Counted from the stretch's first letter, positions 46,557 to 56,173 are shown. The stretch: DNA of 64,000 nucleotides from an uncultured virus (IMG/VR IMGVR_UViG_3300045115_000228) (IMGVR_UViG_3300045115_000228); one strand, 5' to 3'. Notes: generated by a model from the sequence alone, not told the origin. Program-made: numbers and translations.

Positions 46557-47000
46557 ATGCAAGTGACGGTTGACAAGACGGTGAGCTACGACGTCAAGAC
46601 GATCGAGGTCGTCAACGTGACCATGCGCAGGCAACAGGATGCCCTGGTCGTCCTTGCGCACTACCGCTGGAAGGACTCCGGCGGGAAGGTCATTCGGCAG
46701 TCCATGGCCCAGATCAATCAGGCCGACCTGGCGGCGATGGCCACGGTCGCCGGCCAGGACGGGGCCGCGTTGGTGGCGGCGCTCGCGGCGCTGCTTCCCA
46801 CGACAGGGAAGCATCCGGTCGTCCGCGTGACATGGGATAGGGCTGGCGAGATGGTCGTGCAGCAAGGCTCGGTCTTGGCCGAGAGCAACCCGCCCGGGTA
46901 CAGCACGGTCGTCGTGACCGACGGGGCGTTGGCGGCCGTGGGCTTGAGCAAGGCCGTCATCACAGCCCTCGTCGAGTCGTTCGCCAGCCAGATGACATAG
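46557..47000 (+). CDS. Hypothetical protein
   Basis: SD AAGGAG, operon position. Confidence 0.7.
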   Translation: MQVTVDKTVSYDVKTIEVVNVTMRRQQDALVVLAHYRWKDSGGKVIRQSMAQINQADLAAMATVAGQDGAALVAALAALLPTTGKHPVVRVTWDRAGEMVVQQGSVLAESNPPGYSTVVVTDGALAAVGLSKAVITALVESFASQMT

Positions 47001-47076
47001 GGCGCCAATGGCCGCGGGATGCGCCAAGGAACCGTTCGGAGGTGGGCATGACAACCATGCCACATAGGAGGAAGCC

Positions 47077-48705
47077 ATGGCTTTGACATATACACTAGAC
47101 GGGGATAACAAGGCTACGATCACCGGAGCCAGCCCTCCTGCTACTGGAGCGTTGACCATCCCCGCTACGATTGACGGTTACGACGTTATCGCTGTCGGGG
47201 ATAGTGCTTTTGCATCTAACACGGACATCACCAGCCTGACGCTCGGCAGCAACCTTGTAACCATTGGTGGTAGTGCTTTCTATAATTGTACTAGCTTCAC
47301 AGGTAATCTAACCATCCCCAATTCTGTAACAAGTATTGGTGGTTATGCTTTCTATTGTTGTTCTGGCTTCACAGGTAATCTAACCGTAGGTACTTCTGTA
47401 ACAAGCATTGGTGATAATGCTTTCGATGGTTGTTCTAGCTTCACAGGTAATCTAACCATCGGTAATTCTGTAACAAGTATTGGTGGTTTTGCTTTCCAAT
47501 ATTGTACTGGCTTCACTGGAAACCTAACCATACCTAACTCTGTAACAAGTATTGGTGATTTTGCTTTCTTTAGTTGTGCTGGCTTCACAGGTAATCTAAC
47601 CATACCTAATTCTGTAACAAGTATTGGTATGGGTGCTTTTGTGGGTTGTTCTGGCTTCACAGGTAATCTAACCATACCTAATTCTGTAACAAGTATTGGT
47701 AATTGGATTTTCTCTTATTGTACTGGCTTCACCGGTAATCTAACCATACCTAACTCTGTAACAAGTATTGGTGATAGTGCTTTCTCTTATTGTTCTGGCT
47801 TCACTGGCAACCTAACCATACCTAATTCTGTAACGAGTATTGGTGATTATGCTTTCCAAAGTTGTTCTGGCTTCACTGGTAATCTAACCATCGGTAATTC
47901 TGTAACAAGTATTGGTGATTATGCTTTCGAGGCGTGCAGGGGCTTCAATGGCAACCTGACCATAGGTAATTCTGTAACAAGTATTGGTGATTTTGCTTTC
48001 TTTAGTTGTTCTGGCCTCTCAGGTAATCTAACCATACCTAATTCTGTAACAAGTATTGGTGATAATGCTTTTGTGGGTTGTTCTGGCTTCGATGGAAACC
48101 TAACCATACCTAATTCTGTAACAAGTATTGATGTGGCTGCTTTCTATTATTGTACTGGTTTCACTGGAAACCTAACCATAGGTAATTCTGTAACAAGTAT
48201 TGGTGATTATGCTTTCGGTAGTTGTTCTGGCTTAACAGGAAACCTAACCATACCTAATTCTGTAACAAGTATTGGTATGGGTGCTTTCCAAGATTGTTCT
48301 GGCTTCACCGGTAATCTAACCATACCTAATGCTGTAACAAGTATTGGTGATGGTGCTTTCGGTAGTTGTTATGGCTTAACAGGAAACCTAACCATAGGTA
48401 ATTCTGTAACAAGTATCGATGGTTATGCTTTCTATGGTTGTAATGGCTTCACAGGAGTCTGGTTCGGTGGAAATGCTCCTACTTTCGGTACAAATGTTTT
48501 TGCTTCCGTAACAGCCGTAGGGTACTATCTCGTCGGCAAGACGGGATGGGGTGGTGGTACGCCTCTCGGTACATCCGTTGAGGTGCCTTACTACGACATC
48601 GATCCGTCCGACGTCGCGAACGGGGAGGCGTACGGCTTTGGGGAGACGAGCGTGGGGACCCGCAAGAGCGGGATCAATGGCTCCGGCATATTGGGCATGA
48701 TCTGA
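47077..48705 (+). CDS. BspA/TpLRR-type leucine-rich repeat protein, candidate adhesin or receptor-binding protein
   Basis: LTIPNSVTSIGxxAFxxC repeats; cap WFGGNAP; SD AGGAGG. Confidence 0.92.
   Translation: MALTYTLDGDNKATITGASPPATGALTIPATIDGYDVIAVGDSAFASNTDITSLTLGSNLVTIGGSAFYNCTSFTGNLTIPNSVTSIGGYAFYCCSGFTGNLTVGTSVTSIGDNAFDGCSSFTGNLTIGNSVTSIGGFAFQYCTGFTGNLTIPNSVTSIGDFAFFSCAGFTGNLTIPNSVTSIGMGAFVGCSGFTGNLTIPNSVTSIGNWIFSYCTGFTGNLTIPNSVTSIGDSAFSYCSGFTGNLTIPNSVTSIGDYAFQSCSGFTGNLTIGNSVTSIGDYAFEACRGFNGNLTIGNSVTSIGDFAFFSCSGLSGNLTIPNSVTSIGDNAFVGCSGFDGNLTIPNSVTSIDVAAFYYCTGFTGNLTIGNSVTSIGDYAFGSCSGLTGNLTIPNSVTSIGMGAFQDCSGFTGNLTIPNAVTSIGDGAFGSCYGLTGNLTIGNSVTSIDGYAFYGCNGFTGVWFGGNAPTFGTNVFASVTAVGYYLVGKTGWGGGTPLGTSVEVPYYDIDPSDVANGEAYGFGETSVGTRKSGINGSGILGMI
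47302..48453 (+). repeat. 16 tandem 72-bp coding repeats (24 aa), AT-rich
   Basis: Consensus GGTAATCTAACCATACCTAATTCTGTAACAAGTATTGGTnnnnnnGCTTTCnnnnnnTGTnCTGGCTTCACn; a representative unit is 26/72 GC. Confidence 0.95.
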
Positions 48706-48718
48706 CCTCGACATCCCA

Positions 48719-48744
48719 AAGGGAACCGAAAGGGGAGACGAGAA
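48719..48744 (+). promoter_or_regulatory. Phage promoter variant AAGG-N18-AGAA
   Basis: AAGG GAACCGAAAGGGGAGACG AGAA. Confidence 0.5.
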
Positions 48745-48844
48745 GATTGATGGAGGCGACGAGCCAAGAGACGTGTCCCCTCTGGGGACGGGACGAGGAC
48801 GTCGGAACGGACCGGGCGCCGGCAGAGACAACGGAGGGACCGAC

Positions 48845-49093
48845 ATGAGGAAGGGCAAGATCGACAAGGTGAAGGTGGTGATGGGCAGGCTGATCAGGGT
48901 CGAGAACACGAGGAAGGCGAAGCTCTCGAACGCCAACGACGTGTACCTCGCCGTCCAGGTCGAGGACGCCGACGGCGGCCGGGAGAGGTGCCTGCTCTTC
49001 ACGAAGAAGCAGATCGAGGCGGCGGAGAAGAGGGCCGCCAGGAACCCCGAGGACCTGACGAGGAAGGGGTTCGTGGTCGACCTGCTTGACTGA
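48845..49093 (+). CDS. Hypothetical protein
   Basis: SD GGAGG, good codon bias. Confidence 0.7.
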   Translation: MRKGKIDKVKVVMGRLIRVENTRKAKLSNANDVYLAVQVEDADGGRERCLLFTKKQIEAAEKRAARNPEDLTRKGFVVDLLD

Positions 49094-49160
49094 GCCAAGA
49101 TGAACGACAAGGACAACCCGTTCTCGGTTCCGCCCATCGGCGGGACGATGGAGGAAGACG

Positions 49161-49463
49161 GTGAACCTCCCCCTGACAATAGGGGCTTCGGTGGCGTCCT
49201 TCGCGGTCGCCTTCGTGGCGTGGTACGTGGCTGGGCGCAGGACGCTCTACGTGCAGCGTCTGGAGCGGGGGCCGGCGTGCCGGCTTGTCTGGTGGGAGGA
49301 GTTGTTCCCTTTCGTCGGGTTCGGTGGCTTCCTGCTGGTGCCGACGCCGCTTGAGAAGTGCGCCGTCGCGGTGAGCGCGGCGTGCGGCGGGTACGCCGGG
49401 CTGTGGGTGGCCATGACGATCGAGATGAGGCGCAAGAGGGACAAGGCGGAGACGGGGAAATGA
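49161..49463 (+). CDS. Small membrane protein (about 3 hydrophobic segments)
   Basis: Hydrophobic stretches, basic C-terminus, SD GGAGG. Confidence 0.55.
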   Translation: MNLPLTIGASVASFAVAFVAWYVAGRRTLYVQRLERGPACRLVWWEELFPFVGFGGFLLVPTPLEKCAVAVSAACGGYAGLWVAMTIEMRRKRDKAETGK

Positions 49464-50038
49464 GGATAATGCCTTCGTCCGGGAACGACATCGGCTTCTC
49501 CAGCGACGGATGGGCCTCCGTGAGGAGGTCGGTCAGGGCGCAGGCGGAGGACGGAGGGAAGACGTTCCAAGAGCAGGCCCTGGACGCGCTGTGCGCGGCT
49601 CCGCTCAAGGACACCCGCTTCGGCGAGGTCGAATGGGACGACACGTCCGAGATGGTGGCGTCGCCGGGAAGCCCGTGGGGCGGCAGGGAGGTCGACACGG
49701 GCAGGGCGTACTGGGTCGGGATGGACGGCACGCTGGAGGCGAGCGTCCCTCGCCCGGCCGGGGAGACGGACGAGGGCATCAGGCAGGAAGCCGCCATGCT
49801 CGCGAAGGAGATGGAGCTCGAATGGATCGTCGGCGCGGACGAGGTCAAGCAGGAACTGGGCGCGCAGATAGGGTCCTACGGCCCCGTGGAATTCGAATAC
49901 GGCTTCTCCCTCAAGTCCATCGTGGTGGGCCCTGACAAGGTGGAAATGGTCGTCGGCGTCCACGTCGAGGCCCGTTCCCACGAGTCGCCCTCCGACATGC
50001 GGGCGAGGCAGGACGACTACCGGGCGGATCGCGACTGA
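49460..50038 (+). CDS. Hypothetical acidic protein (start MRIMP)
   Basis: ATGA overlap; VRAQ near N-terminus. Confidence 0.65.
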   Translation: MRIMPSSGNDIGFSSDGWASVRRSVRAQAEDGGKTFQEQALDALCAAPLKDTRFGEVEWDDTSEMVASPGSPWGGREVDTGRAYWVGMDGTLEASVPRPAGETDEGIRQEAAMLAKEMELEWIVGADEVKQELGAQIGSYGPVEFEYGFSLKSIVVGPDKVEMVVGVHVEARSHESPSDMRARQDDYRADRD

Positions 50039-50049
50039 CGGGAGGCGGG

Positions 50050-50349
50050 ATGAGGATCACCAGGATCACAAGGTCGGCCCAGGCCACGGAGATCGGCCAG
50101 AAGGAGAAGCAGGCGATCAACGCCGCCATCATGTTCCTGAAGGGCAAGATCCCGGAGATCGTCCCCATGCTCACGAACCCCGGCACGCGGACGTTCCTCA
50201 CGAGGTTCCTCGACGTCGTGGCCTCCGATCCCAGCGTGCTGGGCGGGTTCAAGAACGCGATGCAGGCCATCAACGCGGCGATGATGAGCGACGCGTCGGG
50301 CACGACGACCGCCATCGGCACGGCGGGGACGTCCGGCGCAAGGACATAG
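50050..50349 (+). CDS. Hypothetical protein, N-terminal MRITRITRSAQ
   Basis: SD GGAGG, good codon bias. Confidence 0.75.
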   Translation: MRITRITRSAQATEIGQKEKQAINAAIMFLKGKIPEIVPMLTNPGTRTFLTRFLDVVASDPSVLGGFKNAMQAINAAMMSDASGTTTAIGTAGTSGART

Positions 50350-50371
50350 CTGGCCGCCATGCCGAGGTCAC

Positions 50372-53038
50372 ATGATCCGCACCGTAGAGGCTCAGGAAGA
50401 AACTTCGAAGGAGGGGCTCAGGCGCGACATGGCGTCGCGGCTTGAGAGGACCTCGCGCTTCTACATCGGCCCCATCTACTTCCGCGTCGCCGTCCCCATG
50501 GCCGGCGGCAAGTGGCAGGCGTACAGGTGCGACACCTCGAACGACGCCGTCCTGACGGCGTCCCTGGGGTACGCGACCAGGAACAACGCCATCCGCTGGG
50601 CCGCCGACAGCGTGCCCGCCGGATTCTACGACGGGAGCGACGTCGACGAGGAGCTGTCCGCGCAGTTCGGCCAGCACTACCGCGTGACGGTGAACGGCTG
50701 GGACTTCGTCCCGACCCAGTCCGACGAGACCGGCACCTTCCTCATATCAACCCACCCATCGACGGCCGAGGCGATGGAGGCCCACAGGATCGGGCGCCTC
50801 CCATCCCTGTCGACGAGGGTGTTCCCCAGGGACGCATCGATCCTGCGCAGGTGGGCCTTCAGCCGGTTCTCCGACCTCGCGACCTTCGTCACCAGCAAGG
50901 CCTTCAGGGCGATCGCATCGACGCCCGCGACGCAGGACGTCGACATGGCCTGGGAGGGCAACGAGGGGGCGTTCGTGCCGACCATCGTCGGCATCGTCAG
51001 GGAACTGGCGGACAGGCTGAGGATGCCCGCCGGGAAGGTCTTCACGGGGAGGACGCTCGACAGCGAGATCCCCAACCCGAACGCCACCCGGCGGCCGGCG
51101 TTCGACCTGGACCCGCACCAGCACCTCATCGACGGCAACCGGCACGACGACGTCTACCTGTCGTTCCGCGAGGGGCTTCCGCCCAGCGAGGAGCAGGAGG
51201 ACTCGTTCTTCGAGGCCCTCGACGCCATCGTCCGCAGGCACTTCCCGGACAGGACGGTCGACGTCATCGACGACCCGGACGGCACGCCCGGATGGATCAC
51301 GTTCGCCGTCAGGAGGACCGACACCCTGCCCGGCAGGCCACAGCCCGCAAGGCAGAGGCGTCCCGTCGCCCAGCCGGAGCATGGCGACGCCGTCGACGCG
51401 CCGAGGGCGGACATGCCGAGGGCGGACATGTCGTATGTCGACAGCGACTCCGAGAGGGCGTTCAGCGGGCTGATGGGCGAGGACGAGCCCATCTTCGCGA
51501 TCCGGGTCGTCGGGCTCGGCAAGAAGGCGCAGGCGGAGGACTGGACGAACACCTACAGGGATGCGACCGGCATCCTGGCGGGCGGGACGGGCAGGGCGGA
51601 GTACTGCATCGAGCGCAACCGGTACGGCGTCAGGCGGAACCCAGACACGAACCTGTGGACGGCCTACACCGCCGAGAGCGGCAGACCTGGCGCCATCAGG
51701 AGCGGGGAGATGGAGCTCGCGGCGGCCATCGACATGGCGGCGGGGGCGGCGCACGGCTACGCGAAGTCCCACGGCTACCACGCCGTCCCGGACGGCACCA
51801 CCCTCACCCTCATGAACGAGATACGGCGCGACGGCCACCTGCGCACCGACGGCTACGAGGTGTCGGCGCGGGGACCCGTCGGGTCGGAGCAGAGCGGCTA
51901 CGGCACGTACGTCCTGGAGCGCGTCCCCATCTCGCACGGCCCGGCGCGCGGCGCCCTCTCGATGTCGGTCGGCGACATCGACATGATGGCGAACATGCGG
52001 TTCTCAAGGGAGCGCGACGCGGAGTTCTTCCTGGCGTCGAGCTTCGAGATGTCGGAGTGGAGCCGGGGACGGAGTCCGCCCTCCCTGGGCGAGATGCAGG
52101 TTTCCGCCGCGGCGGACGCGTTGAGGGGCGCCGGCCTGCCCGGCAATTCCGTGTTCGTGTCGCGCGCCGGCTGGATGGCGATGAGCCAAGGCGAGCGCTC
52201 AAGGGCCTGCGGCGGCGAGCAGGACAGGAAGGCCTTCCTCGACAACCTCCAGTCCTCGTCCCCGTCCGTGGTCGCGGTCCTGTTCGACAGGGCATCGATC
52301 CGCGACCTGCCGCAGGGCCTGGACCAGGTCGTCGAGGACGTCAGGAGACGGATGGGGTACGGCGCGCAGGTCATCCCCGACCTGGCCCTGATGCTCGTGG
52401 ACGCCTCGACGGGATCCGGCGCCCGGCCGGAGAGCCTCCCGGGATGGCACCACCGGCCTCCGCCGCCCATCACGCCGGAGGAGCAGCAGGAGAAGCCGGC
52501 GAGGATACCTGGCGACAGCGAGCTCTACGGCGACGTGGACCTGCCGCAGGACGGCGAGGACTTCTTCGGGATCACGTTCGCGTCGGCCGGCGCGGGGCGC
52601 GCGGGGCGGCCCCGCCGCAAGCCGACGGTCGTGTCCTTCGACTGGGACGACACGGTGATGATCGCCGACAGGCGCGACGGGGTCGTGGACTACGACGAGC
52701 ACGGCGACCCCAAGGGCGGGACCCTCAACGAGGACGCGGCGGAGCTGATGAGGCTGCACGCCGGGATGGGGGACAAGATCGTGATCGTCACGTGCCGCTA
52801 CCCTGACGGGCTCGCGACGGTGTGGGACGCCGTCCGGGAGCACGGGCTCCCCGTCAGCGAGGCCTACGCCACGTCGCACGCGAGCAAGGCCCCGACCCTG
52901 CGCAGCGTCGGCGCCACGATCCACTACGACGACAGCGACTTCAGGTCGGACGAGATACGGCGCGAGCTGGGCGCGGCCGTGAGCGTGCGCCACGCGGACA
53001 GGATCGCGGACTACGTGGCCTCCTGGGGGAAGACATGA
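50372..53038 (+). CDS. Multidomain protein: duplicated unknown module plus C-terminal HAD-like phosphatase
   Basis: HAD motifs VSFDWDDT, IVTCR, K, HYDD; internal KKAQ boundary. Confidence 0.8.
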   Translation: MIRTVEAQEETSKEGLRRDMASRLERTSRFYIGPIYFRVAVPMAGGKWQAYRCDTSNDAVLTASLGYATRNNAIRWAADSVPAGFYDGSDVDEELSAQFGQHYRVTVNGWDFVPTQSDETGTFLISTHPSTAEAMEAHRIGRLPSLSTRVFPRDASILRRWAFSRFSDLATFVTSKAFRAIASTPATQDVDMAWEGNEGAFVPTIVGIVRELADRLRMPAGKVFTGRTLDSEIPNPNATRRPAFDLDPHQHLIDGNRHDDVYLSFREGLPPSEEQEDSFFEALDAIVRRHFPDRTVDVIDDPDGTPGWITFAVRRTDTLPGRPQPARQRRPVAQPEHGDAVDAPRADMPRADMSYVDSDSERAFSGLMGEDEPIFAIRVVGLGKKAQAEDWTNTYRDATGILAGGTGRAEYCIERNRYGVRRNPDTNLWTAYTAESGRPGAIRSGEMELAAAIDMAAGAAHGYAKSHGYHAVPDGTTLTLMNEIRRDGHLRTDGYEVSARGPVGSEQSGYGTYVLERVPISHGPARGALSMSVGDIDMMANMRFSRERDAEFFLASSFEMSEWSRGRSPPSLGEMQVSAAADALRGAGLPGNSVFVSRAGWMAMSQGERSRACGGEQDRKAFLDNLQSSSPSVVAVLFDRASIRDLPQGLDQVVEDVRRRMGYGAQVIPDLALMLVDASTGSGARPESLPGWHHRPPPPITPEEQQEKPARIPGDSELYGDVDLPQDGEDFFGITFASAGAGRAGRPRRKPTVVSFDWDDTVMIADRRDGVVDYDEHGDPKGGTLNEDAAELMRLHAGMGDKIVIVTCRYPDGLATVWDAVREHGLPVSEAYATSHASKAPTLRSVGATIHYDDSDFRSDEIRRELGAAVSVRHADRIADYVASWGKT

Positions 53039-53706
53039 ACTGGATCGAGGCGGCGATGGCCCACGGGGAGTTCGGCCACGGCGGCGGGCGGCCCCACAGG
53101 AAGGCGTCCGGCGACCTGCGCGCCGTCCTAGCGCAGTTCTCCGAGATGATCAAGGCGTCCGGGCAGAAGACCCCTGCGGGCTTCGCGTACGCGACGGCGT
53201 ACGACTACTTCCTTGAGAACGGCAGGGAGTTCGAGTCGGCGCCGCTGGCCCCGGCCGAGCTTGGCGCGCTGAAGGCGGCGATAGCCAACCACAGGGCCAT
53301 GTACAAGAAGAAGCTGTGCTACTACAACGCCCAGCTCATCGCCCAGGGGAACCGGGCGTGCAGGTACGTCGAGGGGTACATGATGTCGCAGGGGATACCG
53401 ATCCCGATCGAGCACGCCTGGAACTCCATCAACGGCAAGGTGGTGGACTTCACGATGGCCCACGCGAACGGCGGCAAGCCCATCCTCGGGGAGATACCGG
53501 CGGGCTGGGAGTACTTCGGGGCGGAGCTGCCGACCTCGATGATCAGGATGATGTGGAGCAGGCACGGAGTGTCCACGCCGCTGGTGACGAACCACCAGGA
53601 CGGGTTCCCGCTGCTCAGGAATGGGCCTCCCAAGAAGAAGCCGGCGGACGCGCCGGCGGACGGCGTCGGGAAGGACGACGTGGACGGATCGTCAGGCGAA
53701 GGTTGA
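53035..53706 (+). CDS. Papain/transglutaminase-like protein (Cys-His-Asp)
   Basis: LCYYNA...YVEGY...IEHAWN...VVDFT; ATGA overlap. Confidence 0.65.
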   Translation: MNWIEAAMAHGEFGHGGGRPHRKASGDLRAVLAQFSEMIKASGQKTPAGFAYATAYDYFLENGREFESAPLAPAELGALKAAIANHRAMYKKKLCYYNAQLIAQGNRACRYVEGYMMSQGIPIPIEHAWNSINGKVVDFTMAHANGGKPILGEIPAGWEYFGAELPTSMIRMMWSRHGVSTPLVTNHQDGFPLLRNGPPKKKPADAPADGVGKDDVDGSSGEG

Positions 53707-54072
53707 CAGCATCCGCCTGGTCTGCTCGATGTGCCCCATCGTCTCCTCGATGCGGTCGCGGAGCCTGCCCAGCTCCACGGCGTCGCCGATCACCGACGAC
53801 GCGACCTCGTCGTCCCCGCCGGCGTCGGCGAACGCCAGGATTGGCAGGCGGGATCCGAGGACGAAGCGCGAGCATCCCTTCGAGAACACCCCGTCGTCGA
53901 CCAGCGCCATGTCGTGCTCCGACGGGTCGACGGCTTCGTCGCCGGAGGGGTCAACGATCCTGAACGAAGGGCAGACGTCGAGATGGGCCTCCAGCCTGTC
54001 CCTCAAGCGTTCTATGGCCCTGACGTTGCGCCCAGCGGAGTTCCCGATGACTAGCACCCTGATCTGGCACAC
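53692..54072 (-). CDS. Hypothetical protein, possibly degenerate receiver-like alpha/beta domain
   Basis: IRVLVIG...DMALVDD...PILAFA; upstream promoter motif. Confidence 0.5.
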   Translation of the reverse strand: MCQIRVLVIGNSAGRNVRAIERLRDRLEAHLDVCPSFRIVDPSGDEAVDPSEHDMALVDDGVFSKGCSRFVLGSRLPILAFADAGGDDEVASSVIGDAVELGRLRDRIEETMGHIEQTRRMLSTFA

Positions 54073-54119
54073 GATGCGTTCCTCCAGTGGCGAAGCCGAA
54101 CCCTACGCTGCCCTTCTAT

Positions 54120-54184
54120 TTCGCCGCTCGCGCCCCCCTTCCCTTCCGGCGGTCGATGCAGGCGAAACGCGGGCGCCCGCGGAA
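54120..54184. promoter_or_regulatory. Back-to-back phage promoters
   Basis: Minus AAGG-N18-CGAA at 54120-54145; plus CAGG-N18-GGAATGA + 6 nt + ATG 54194. Confidence 0.6.
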
Positions 54185-54193
54185 TGATGTGGC

Positions 54194-54526
54194 ATGAGGA
54201 TCGTGCGCATAGCCCAGCCCGTCAGGACGTACCCGAGGTACGTCGCCGAGAGGCGCGAGGGACGCCTGAAGGGACAGTACCCCGACGAGGCGTTCAGGCA
54301 CGTGCCATCGCTGCGGAGACAGTGGGACAGGGGCGGCTTCGGCACGGGGAGCAGGCTCGTGGAGGTGGAGTCGGACTCCCCGCGAGGCCTCATCGACGAG
54401 CTGAGGCGCAGGGGGCACAGCCCCGCGCACGACGGGTTCGAGTTCTACGAGATACGCGGCCCGGGAGCGCCGCGAGCCAGGATCCCCATCCAGAGGCTGT
54501 TCGCCATGGCCAGCGGCCAGGCGTAG
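54194..54526 (+). CDS. Hypothetical protein, N-terminal MRIVRIAQ
   Basis: Leaderless geometry, good codon bias. Confidence 0.7.
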   Translation: MRIVRIAQPVRTYPRYVAERREGRLKGQYPDEAFRHVPSLRRQWDRGGFGTGSRLVEVESDSPRGLIDELRRRGHSPAHDGFEFYEIRGPGAPRARIPIQRLFAMASGQA

Positions 54527-54629
54527 CCAGACAAGGGCAATCTTCGCCCATGCCGGGGACGGCGGACGGCCTCCCGGGCCTTTCCGTCCCGCCCTCCGCG
54601 GCGTATAATGCCGCAAACAGGAGAGCAAC

Positions 54630-55562
54630 ATGCGGAACATCCCGGTCCTGCACGCGAGCGGCAAGACCCTCGCCATGGCCTTCGAGAACGCCCTCGTCGC
54701 CCTCGACGCCGGAGGGGCGAGGCTCAAGACCCAGTACGACAAGCCGGGCGACCCCGAGAGCATCGACGCGACCATGTGCATCACGGTCGACGACCCCCTC
54801 GCCGACCCCATGATCCACAAGGCCTTCCCGGGAGGGATGGCTGACCTCCGCGAGTACGTGATGGAGCTGGAGGGCGTCAAGGACTCGTGGACCAAGGTCG
54901 TGTCCGACCCCGACGACACGCGCTGGGAGTACACTTACCACGGCAGGCTCGCCAGGTACGGGGCGTACAAGGACAGGGTCGGCGACGGCGCCGGCGAGCA
55001 CAACATCTACGGCTGCGTCAACGCCCACGTCGACCAGTTCGCGGCGGTGGTCTCCAAGCTCGCCAGGCAGCCATTCACGCGCCAGGCCCAGATGATCACG
55101 TGGGTCCCGTCCCTCGACCTCGAATGCTACGATCCCCCCTGCCTGCAGCGCATCTGGCTCAGGGCCGCCGAGGAGGACGGCGTCCTGTGGCTCAACTTCA
55201 ACGTCAGCTTCCGCAGCAACGACGCCTGGGGCGCGTGGATGATGAACGCCTTCGGGATCACGATGATGGTCGACGACCTCGTCGCCAAGCCCCTCGCCGC
55301 CGCCGCGGGCAAGGAGGTCAGGCTGGGGAGGCTCAACTGGCACGCCGACTCCTGGCACGTCTACGGCAAGGACATCGCCCAGTTCCGGGCGAGGCTCATC
55401 GACCGCATCCCGACGACGACGTTCGAGGACAGGACCATCATGTTCTGGGACCCGGAGGTGCAGGAGATGTACCGCGAGTGCGAGCCTGGGCTCGTCGAGA
55501 AGATCAGGATCCAGACGGGCAAGATGGCGGAGCGGGATGGGCGGGGATCCCCTGCCGCTTGA
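54630..55562 (+). CDS. thyA: Thymidylate synthase family protein (archaeal-like type)
   Basis: YTYHGRL, TRQAQ, PPCLQ (catalytic Cys), FRSND..GAWMMN, SWHVY; TATAAT at 54604. Confidence 0.85.
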   Translation: MRNIPVLHASGKTLAMAFENALVALDAGGARLKTQYDKPGDPESIDATMCITVDDPLADPMIHKAFPGGMADLREYVMELEGVKDSWTKVVSDPDDTRWEYTYHGRLARYGAYKDRVGDGAGEHNIYGCVNAHVDQFAAVVSKLARQPFTRQAQMITWVPSLDLECYDPPCLQRIWLRAAEEDGVLWLNFNVSFRSNDAWGAWMMNAFGITMMVDDLVAKPLAAAAGKEVRLGRLNWHADSWHVYGKDIAQFRARLIDRIPTTTFEDRTIMFWDPEVQEMYRECEPGLVEKIRIQTGKMAERDGRGSPAA

Positions 55563-56105
55563 CGACCAGCCAGCAGTCCCTCACGACCGCCGTGGGCGGC
55601 AGGCCGAGCGACGCCATGAACTCGTCCACGGCGCGCTTGACGCCGAACCGCGTGCCGGTCCTCCTGACGAAGCCGTCCATGTAGTCGTGCCCCGAGAAGA
55701 GCCCCCTGGCCTGACCTTGGGCCACCACGCCCTGACGTCGTCCCTCACGGCCTCGTAGCTGTGGTTGGCGTCGATGAACACCCAGTCGACGGACTCGCCG
55801 GCGAACCCGGCGGCGGCCTCCAGGGACGTCTTGCGCAGGACGTGCACGTTCGGGCGCCCCGCGAACATCCTGACGACCCTGTCGTGGTTGGCGTCCTGCT
55901 GGGCCTGCGGCACGTTGGCGGAGTCCTCGTACCCTTCGTCGAAGTGCATCCACGGGTCGACCAGCCAGACGTCGCCGTCGATGGCCCGGGCGATGCGGCG
56001 CGAGAACCATCCGCGCTGGACGCCGACCTCCACCGCCGACCGGCAGCCGATGCCCCTGGCGAAGCCCGGGATGCCCCTTATGCTGTTGATCTGGCCGAAG
56101 TCCAC
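55504..56105 (-). pseudogene. Class I SAM methyltransferase (Methyltransf_24-like) with a frameshift in a G5 run
   Basis: VEVGVQRG, LVDPW, VFIDANHSYEAV..D...W.PKVRPGG in one frame; conserved continuation LFSGHDY...GVKRAVDEF in another frame at about 55702-55706. Confidence 0.75.
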
Positions 56106-56173
56106 GACTCCTATTTGACGAACGGTGCCCGTTTCCCCTGCCGCGTGTATAATGCCGGCAACCGGGGGATGGC

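Noticed and set aside
47302..48453. DGR-type mutagenesis, since most variable LRR codons are NNT
   Set aside because: Framework adenines are invariant, the whole array is T3-biased, non-NNT variants (ATG, CAA, GTG, TGG) recur, and no reverse transcriptase or template repeat is in the window
47302..48453. CRISPR-like repeat array
   Set aside because: Units are in-frame 72-bp coding repeats with only 6-bp variable patches; no spacers or cas genes
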